From: Thecamonas trahens ATCC 50062
Lineage: Eukaryota; Protista; Apusomonadida
DNA: 64,000 bases
Assembly (NCBI RefSeq): GCF_000142905.1
Contig: NW_013657630.1
Location: 1-64,000, forward strand
Direction of reading: 5' to 3'
Positions 58,244 through 64,000 of this stretch are shown here, piece by piece. The translations under genes and the position numbers were made by a program. A model generated the notes under the pieces. The model was not told the DNA's origin. It saw nothing but the letters and a program-made list of their open reading frames with translations, and ran no database searches. Position 1 is the first letter of the stretch. Every line of letters begins with the position of its first letter.

Positions 58244-61200
58244 TCACAGCGCGGTCACATTCATGATGTCCTTGCGAATCGACGCCATGCTGCCGCGCGA
58301 CACCGGCCGCTCGCGGAAGCAACACAGAATGATCGACGCGAGGTCAAAGTTGATGCTCTCGGGAATCGGCGGACGGAAGCCCGACGAGATGCGCGACGCC
58401 ACCTCCGCGTCGCTCATTCCGGGAAACGCATTGGCCGACGTCGCGATCTCCAGCAGCAGCACTCCGTACGCAAAGATGTCTGCTGCCGTGCTCACCACTC
58501 CGTCGTTGAGCACTTCGGGCGCGTCATACCGCGTCGGCTCGTGCCGCCGCTTCTCAATCGCAAGCCCAGCTCCGCCAGACAGCGGCAGTGGCGGCGGCGC
58601 CTGGCCGGCCTGCACCTCGCGTTTGTACCGGATCGAGACCAGCCCGTAGTCGGTGAGGAGCGGCGTGGAAGAGTTCTGCAGCAGCACGTTGGCTGGCGAG
58701 AGTGCCCCGTGCACCACCCCGTGCTCGTGGAGGTATGCAAGGCCTTTGGCAATGCCTTGCATGATATTGATCCGGGTAAAGATCGGCATTTCCACCTTGC
58801 GCGGTCCGAGCAACGCGTTCCACAGCGAGCCGCCGTCCACAAAATCAACCACAACCACAGGCCGGGGCGGGTCAAAGCACGCCGCCTTGAGCGGGAGCAC
58901 GTTCGGGTGGTCGAGCACCTTGAGCAGTGCCACCGTCACTGCAAAGTCGATTGTTTCCTCTGCCCGCATCGCGTGCACCACCCGCTTAAACAGCACCGTC
59001 CCCTCGCCCCACCGCACCTTGTACGACTCGGCCGTCGCTCCAAACGTGTACCGCGTCTCAAACACATGCTTCGGCGGTGCGGAAATAACCCACGCCTGTC
59101 CCCGCGCAGTTGTCAGCCCCAGCTCGAGCGTCGTGTAAGCAAACCGTGTTTGCGACGCTGGCGCAAGCACAAGTGACGCAGACGGCAGCCCGTAGTCGCC
59201 GCCGGTCTCGGTTGCAATGCCTTTCGACATGTGGATGCTTTTCCGCAGCGACACATCGTCGCCGCCTCGCTCGTGCCGCCCTGCCGAGCTCTCCTCAGAG
59301 GTATGCCGCGGCTTGCTCATCGACAATGACACAGAGCACGAAGCCGACGCTTCGCTCACACGAGTCATGGGCACACCGCTCGCAGCCTCGCCACTCCTGG
59401 CCGCCTCGCCGCCTCTGTTGGCAAACAGCACAGACCGCGTCTTCCCGCTTTTGGTCATCCGTCGACTCGTTGTGCTTGACACAGTCCCAACCTCGGTCTC
59501 GTCACCGACATCACCATCATTGCCGCCGTCGCCGACGACGCCTCCGCCGAGTCCAGGATCCAGAGAGGACATAGGCAGTGAGACAAGCGCGAGTCCCGCC
59601 CCGCCCCCACCGCCATGTACTGCCTCAAAGTCGACCGGCCGCGCCTCCGCCTGCAACTGCATCATCCCATGCTGCGTCGGCACCAGCTCGTACGCCGTTT
59701 CCCGGAGCTCGTGCACCGCTTCGAGTGAGAGCACCTTGCTCACCATCGTCTGCCCCGGTAGGCACACCGTGAGCATGTGCTGGCCCTGGTGAACAAGCTC
59801 GCCTGTGTAGCCGTCGTCCTCGCCAGCTCCCTCGTCGAGACCTACCACAGAGCTGTCCATGGTGCGCCCAATCGCGGGCCCGGGCGTCGGCTCGGGGTTC
59901 TTCATCTCCGCAACCCCGATTGTAGCCACTGTCCGCAGCCGCAGCCCGCGGAGCACCACCACGCCGTCCGAGTTGACCAGCGGGCCAAACATCGGGTGCA
60001 GGAGGAGCTCGTGCGGCCACGGGCAGTGGAACATGGCCTCGTCAAAGGCTGTAAGAAACTTCATCGCCCGCGCCACAGACGCAAACATGATGTACACCCG
60101 ATCAATCGAGAGCCGCCACACAAAACCGGACGAGACACTCAGCGCTGCCCGCACCATTCGATGCATCGTCCGCACAGCCTCGGCAAATGCCGCAGGCAGT
60201 GAGTCAAGTGCAGCTTGCAAGTTGGCCACTTCGATCATGACCAAGACAGACCGCCCGCGCGGCCGCGCGTCCACATGCGGGTACACCGGCGGGCCAACCA
60301 CAGACTGGATCTGCTCCAGCTCGTTGACAATCGCTGTCAGTCCGGGTCGAGCCTCAACGTCTGCCGACCAGCACATGAGCATCAGCGGCACCAGAGACGG
60401 CCGGTTGTCAAACGTCGACGGCCCCAGCGAGCTCTCACCCCGGACTGGCTTGCCCACAGCAACATCAAGCGTCCCGTCACCCGGAGCCAGCTCCGGTCGC
60501 AGTGTTCCGTTGATGACCCCGAGCGCCACTGCGTCGGGCGAGTATCCGCTGTACGGCTGCCGCAGCGTCACGATCTCCCACACCAGCACCCCGTACGAGT
60601 ACACGTTCGACGCAAACGAGACTGGCGCGTTGGTACTCAGCACCTCGGGCGCCGTCCACGGCCACCGCTCGTGCATGTGCGCCTCATGCGCAGCTGCCGC
60701 ACGCGCATGCACCTTCCTTGCAGGCAGCACCTCCAACGCTTCCATGCCAAAGTCGGCAATCTTGGGAATCCACGATGCAGTGAGGAGCACGTTGTGGGAG
60801 GTCAGCGAGTGGTGCACAATCCGTGCTCGCCGTAGGTACCGCAGGCCCTTGGCAATACCCGCCGCAAGCGCAACCTTGAGCGATCCAGCGAGCTCCATGT
60901 CCGGGGTGTGGAGCACGGACCAGAGTGAGCCGCGCGGGACGTACTCGGTCACCACTGCCAGCGGATTGAGCGCGACGCCCATGAACAGTACCAGGTTCGG
61001 GTGCCGCAGCGACGCCAGCATTCGCGTCGTCCGCATAAACTCCTGCATCCCTTCGCTCAGCTCTGACATCGACGCCAACGCTCTCGTCTCGCTCGTCGTC
61101 AACGATGCCGCCACATTGTTGATCCAGCTCTGCGTCGGCAGTTGCGCCTCTGTCCCCAGCAGCCCGGCTCGGCTCGGCTTGCTGGCAAGGTGTGGAAAGA

Positions 61201-63454
61201 AGAGTTTGACCACCGCACGCGACGCACGAAACGTAGCCCGGAACACCTCTGCCCGCTCGCGGATTGCCAGCGACGTCATCAGAATAAGATCCGAGTGGTC
61301 CACAAGCATCATCTGCGTCTTCGGATTGCGCGCCCGGCTCCGCTGCCGCGTAATCATCACGGCCGCCACCATGCCGGCGAGGCAGAGCACACCCACTGCG
61401 AGTCCGACCCCAAGCACAACCATCCGCAGCGGTCTGTTCGTCTCGCTCGCCACAGCCCATGGCTGGACATACCGCAGCGCTACGACTTGAGAGTTGACCA
61501 GCGTCTGCGTGTGAACGCCTGCCCACACCGTCACCTCGGGCCGCTCCGGCAGTACAATCGGCGCCGAGTACTGCTCAACGTCCGGCGAACCCAGGACGAG
61601 CGGAATGTTCTTGAACGAATACAGCACCATTGCCTGCTCATCGAGCGCCATCAGCTCAATCCGCGTCCCACGCGCAACAACCCCAGGTGGCGGCTCCGCA
61701 AACGGCGGCGCTGCGACACCAGTTGTCACCTCGCCCCGAACGCCTTCCAATCGAGCCAGAATCGTACCAGACTTGGCCACGCTGAAATCGGTCGAGTGGA
61801 AAAAGAGCGAGAACTCGCGGCACCACGCATCCCGCAGTGCTGCAGGCGACATTGTCAGGCAGAGCAGCGTCGTGAGCTGGCTCGACTCGTCCCGCATCGT
61901 CTGCACCACGCGTCGGGTAGCACGCATGGACGCCGGTGCGACCACCTCTGAATCTACCACCGCCGGCACCCCATACATGCCGTTGGCCCAAAGCGCTTGC
62001 GCCATCGTTGGCGACAACGCTGCTCGGACCACTTCTTGCCGCACAGCCTCTACCGTCGCCTTGTCCGACTCCATCGGCGCAAAGTCAACCGGCAGTGCAA
62101 TCACAACAAAGATGGCGAGACCCGTGTTCACGCCTTGACCAGCAGAAAGCTCCGGAAAAGCAAAGGCCTCAACGTCGGCGAGCACGCCTTCCGGCAGCGA
62201 GAGAGCGAACCCGTCCCAAATGATGGTCATGGCCGAGACACCGGTGAAAAACGGAGCCCGGCCCTGCTCGCCGTCGACATCGCGCGGCTGCGGGTGGTAG
62301 CAGCGCGCGTTGCGGAGATCTTCCAGGACGGCAAGCACCCGCTCAATGCGCTCGTCAAGAAACGAGACCCGCCCGCCGCGCATCTCATCGAGCAGCGCTG
62401 AGCCGTACAGCCGCGTAGCCACAATGTCAAACCACATGCTGGCCATCACACCCTCGACTGCCGACCCAAGGTCGAACGACGGCATTGTGATCGGAATGAT
62501 GCCAAGTCCGTCGAGAGTGCCACACAGCGTGAGCAGCTCCTCGTACGACGTCGGCGGTATGAGGTCAAATGCGTCCAGAACCGACCGCCGGTAAGCGATA
62601 GAAACGCCGTCGAGCACCACAGGCGCTGCGTAGTACGACCGCGGATTCGGGCTGCTCAGCAGCGGTGGCCACTCAGAGGCCAGAGGCGGCACAACTGGTG
62701 GTGACGGCACTGCCTGGGGTGGCCACTCGGTCCGCAGCGAGACAGCCATCTTGGGCTGGGCTGCCTGCTGGAACTCGATCGACTCGTACACGTCGCCGGT
62801 AAAGAGCTGTACTTCCCGCAGCACCGGTGCAAGCCGCGGCATCACGCTCACCATAACGTCGTCAAGCGGCGCAAAGCCACCGGCTGCCACTGTATCCAGA
62901 AAGTTGAGCGGCGAAGGAAAAGCAAGCGCGGCGAGCGTGCCCCGCGGCCGCCATGCTGCAGCCGCCACTGCAGACGGCAGGACAGAGACTGACCGCCCGA
63001 GCGTAATCCGTTGAGAGTTGGCCGCCAGATAGTTGTCGGGGGGATCTAGATACAGCGCAAATGTGGTGTTGGGCAGGCTTGCCCATCGGCTCCGCACCAC
63101 ACTCTCCAGAACGACCGCAACTGCCGCCTGCGACGTCGGAGCCGTGATGGCCAGCCGCATGTTGGCTGCCACCACCGACGGTGATGGCCCTTGTCCATCG
63201 ACCCACCCGCCACATCCGACCACCATCACCACCATCACCACCAGCGCACCGCCGAGACTTGCCGACCCAGCAGAACGGCTCCATCGGCTTCTCTGCTCTA
63301 TCCGACCTGTCCGACAAGTTCGACAACTCCGCCCTGTCCGGCAACTCCGACAACTCCGCCCTGTCCAACAATCAGCCCCGTCCCCGTCCCCGGCCCCGTT
63401 CCCGACCCCGGCCCTAGCTACACGCCATGTTCCGCCACTCGCCGCCGCCCCCAC
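58244..63454 (-). CDS. Receptor-like protein: signal peptide, solute-binding (SBP) ectodomain, Fn3-associated-like domain, TM, TKL pseudokinase, class III cyclase-like domain, second pseudokinase; start uncertain
   Basis: SBP motifs YAAPV..IAYRRSVLDAFDLIPPTSYEELL and FFTGVSAM; TM VVLGVGLAVGVLCLAGMVAAVMI; kinase motifs LRHPNLVLFMG..KIADFG..WTAPE and LDHPNV..LTDYG..YDAPE; cyclase-like LRGLRLRTVATIG..DYTG. Confidence 0.88.
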   Translation of the reverse strand: MGAAASGGTWRVARAGVGNGAGDGDGADCWTGRSCRSCRTGRSCRTCRTGRIEQRSRWSRSAGSASLGGALVVMVVMVVGCGGWVDGQGPSPSVVAANMRLAITAPTSQAAVAVVLESVVRSRWASLPNTTFALYLDPPDNYLAANSQRITLGRSVSVLPSAVAAAAWRPRGTLAALAFPSPLNFLDTVAAGGFAPLDDVMVSVMPRLAPVLREVQLFTGDVYESIEFQQAAQPKMAVSLRTEWPPQAVPSPPVVPPLASEWPPLLSSPNPRSYYAAPVVLDGVSIAYRRSVLDAFDLIPPTSYEELLTLCGTLDGLGIIPITMPSFDLGSAVEGVMASMWFDIVATRLYGSALLDEMRGGRVSFLDERIERVLAVLEDLRNARCYHPQPRDVDGEQGRAPFFTGVSAMTIIWDGFALSLPEGVLADVEAFAFPELSAGQGVNTGLAIFVVIALPVDFAPMESDKATVEAVRQEVVRAALSPTMAQALWANGMYGVPAVVDSEVVAPASMRATRRVVQTMRDESSQLTTLLCLTMSPAALRDAWCREFSLFFHSTDFSVAKSGTILARLEGVRGEVTTGVAAPPFAEPPPGVVARGTRIELMALDEQAMVLYSFKNIPLVLGSPDVEQYSAPIVLPERPEVTVWAGVHTQTLVNSQVVALRYVQPWAVASETNRPLRMVVLGVGLAVGVLCLAGMVAAVMITRQRSRARNPKTQMMLVDHSDLILMTSLAIRERAEVFRATFRASRAVVKLFFPHLASKPSRAGLLGTEAQLPTQSWINNVAASLTTSETRALASMSELSEGMQEFMRTTRMLASLRHPNLVLFMGVALNPLAVVTEYVPRGSLWSVLHTPDMELAGSLKVALAAGIAKGLRYLRRARIVHHSLTSHNVLLTASWIPKIADFGMEALEVLPARKVHARAAAAHEAHMHERWPWTAPEVLSTNAPVSFASNVYSYGVLVWEIVTLRQPYSGYSPDAVALGVINGTLRPELAPGDGTLDVAVGKPVRGESSLGPSTFDNRPSLVPLMLMCWSADVEARPGLTAIVNELEQIQSVVGPPVYPHVDARPRGRSVLVMIEVANLQAALDSLPAAFAEAVRTMHRMVRAALSVSSGFVWRLSIDRVYIMFASVARAMKFLTAFDEAMFHCPWPHELLLHPMFGPLVNSDGVVVLRGLRLRTVATIGVAEMKNPEPTPGPAIGRTMDSSVVGLDEGAGEDDGYTGELVHQGQHMLTVCLPGQTMVSKVLSLEAVHELRETAYELVPTQHGMMQLQAEARPVDFEAVHGGGGGAGLALVSLPMSSLDPGLGGGVVGDGGNDGDVGDETEVGTVSSTTSRRMTKSGKTRSVLFANRGGEAARSGEAASGVPMTRVSEASASCSVSLSMSKPRHTSEESSAGRHERGGDDVSLRKSIHMSKGIATETGGDYGLPSASLVLAPASQTRFAYTTLELGLTTARGQAWVISAPPKHVFETRYTFGATAESYKVRWGEGTVLFKRVVHAMRAEETIDFAVTVALLKVLDHPNVLPLKAACFDPPRPVVVVDFVDGGSLWNALLGPRKVEMPIFTRINIMQGIAKGLAYLHEHGVVHGALSPANVLLQNSSTPLLTDYGLVSIRYKREVQAGQAPPPLPLSGGAGLAIEKRRHEPTRYDAPEVLNDGVVSTAADIFAYGVLLLEIATSANAFPGMSDAEVASRISSGFRPPIPESINFDLASIILCCFRERPVSRGSMASIRKDIMNVTAL

Positions 63455-63499
63455 CGCTAGCTACACGCCATGTTCCGCCACTCACCGCCGCCCCCACCG
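63414..63499. repeat. 43-bp near-perfect tandem duplication
   Basis: ctagctacacgccatgttccgccactc(g/a)ccgccgcccccaccg, two copies. Confidence 0.9.
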
Positions 63500-63768
63500 C
63501 TTCCACCGCCCCACCGCCAACACAACCAACACGACCACCACCAACACGACCAACACGACCAACACGACCACCAGTCCAGAGCCAGTCCTGGTCGCCCATG
63601 GTATGTACCTTGGGCTCGGTAGTGCTTGCAAGCTGGCAGGCGGTCGAGTCAAGTGTTCGTCACAGTCTCGGTCTCATTTGCTCCGCACCGCTCTGCCCCG
63701 TCTCCTGCCGACCGCCATCCGTCGGCGTTTTGGCCGCATGCAGCGACTGTGTCATGTATTACACAGAT

Positions 63769-63999
63769 CTACGGCGTGTAGACGTCAAAGACATGGTCTG
63801 GGTCGGCGACGGCGCTGACAATGGCGTCAGTGGGCGCGCCGATTTTGGCCAGATGCAGGTCGGTTGGCTGGACGCCAGCGACGGCCTCGTCAAAGAGCCG
63901 CTCCCAAGCGCGAAGCGCGGCGGTCCGCTCATAGATCGAGTCCTTGACGGTGGCGATGCGGGCGCGGATGTCGTCACCGACGCCATCAACGTTGCTTGC
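63769..63999 (-). CDS. 3' end of a gene entering from beyond the window
   Basis: GC3-biased open frame ...DIRARIATVKDSIYERTAALRAWERLFDEA...VFDVYTP*. Confidence 0.6.
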   Translation of the reverse strand, partial: ASNVDGVGDDIRARIATVKDSIYERTAALRAWERLFDEAVAGVQPTDLHLAKIGAPTDAIVSAVADPDHVFDVYTP

Positions 64000-64000
64000 G

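Noticed and set aside
63597-64000. Plus-strand gene with GTATGT donor at 63601
   Set aside because: The minus-strand frame has better codon bias; the plus frame is its antisense mirror.

Overview
High-GC, gene-dense, intron-poor eukaryotic nuclear DNA from a protist. Talin, INCENP, two RasGEFs, KIFBP and an SBP-receptor kinase suggest an amorphean or apusomonad (Thecamonas-like); this assignment is my inference. There are about 24 protein-coding genes, with GT(A)YGT...AG spliceosomal introns near their 5' ends and three N-gaps. About a dozen genes are split by single-base frameshifts, mostly inside homopolymer runs and probably pyrosequencing errors; the models below were rebuilt by hand across them. 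Recognisable genes: PC-esterase-like protein, histone H4 (with TATA box and 3' stem-loop), inactive calpain-ZZ-EF protein, ANK-PX-BAR sorting nexin, talin, pyrophosphatase-gPAPP fusion, two RasGEFs, KIFBP, bZIP, GCNA, PP2C, USB1, INCENP, RF2-type release factor, MAK11/PAK1IP1, DUF4795-like protein and a kinase-cyclase-kinase receptor. Most notable: a eukaryotic protein ending in a bacterial DnaA domain IV-like HTH, a membrane-anchored PPase-PAP phosphatase fusion, two related small low-complexity/coiled-coil genes flanking talin, a triple-pseudoenzyme receptor, and an apparent ~35-aa helical repeat in INCENP. No rRNA, tRNA, CRISPR array or transposon was recognised.
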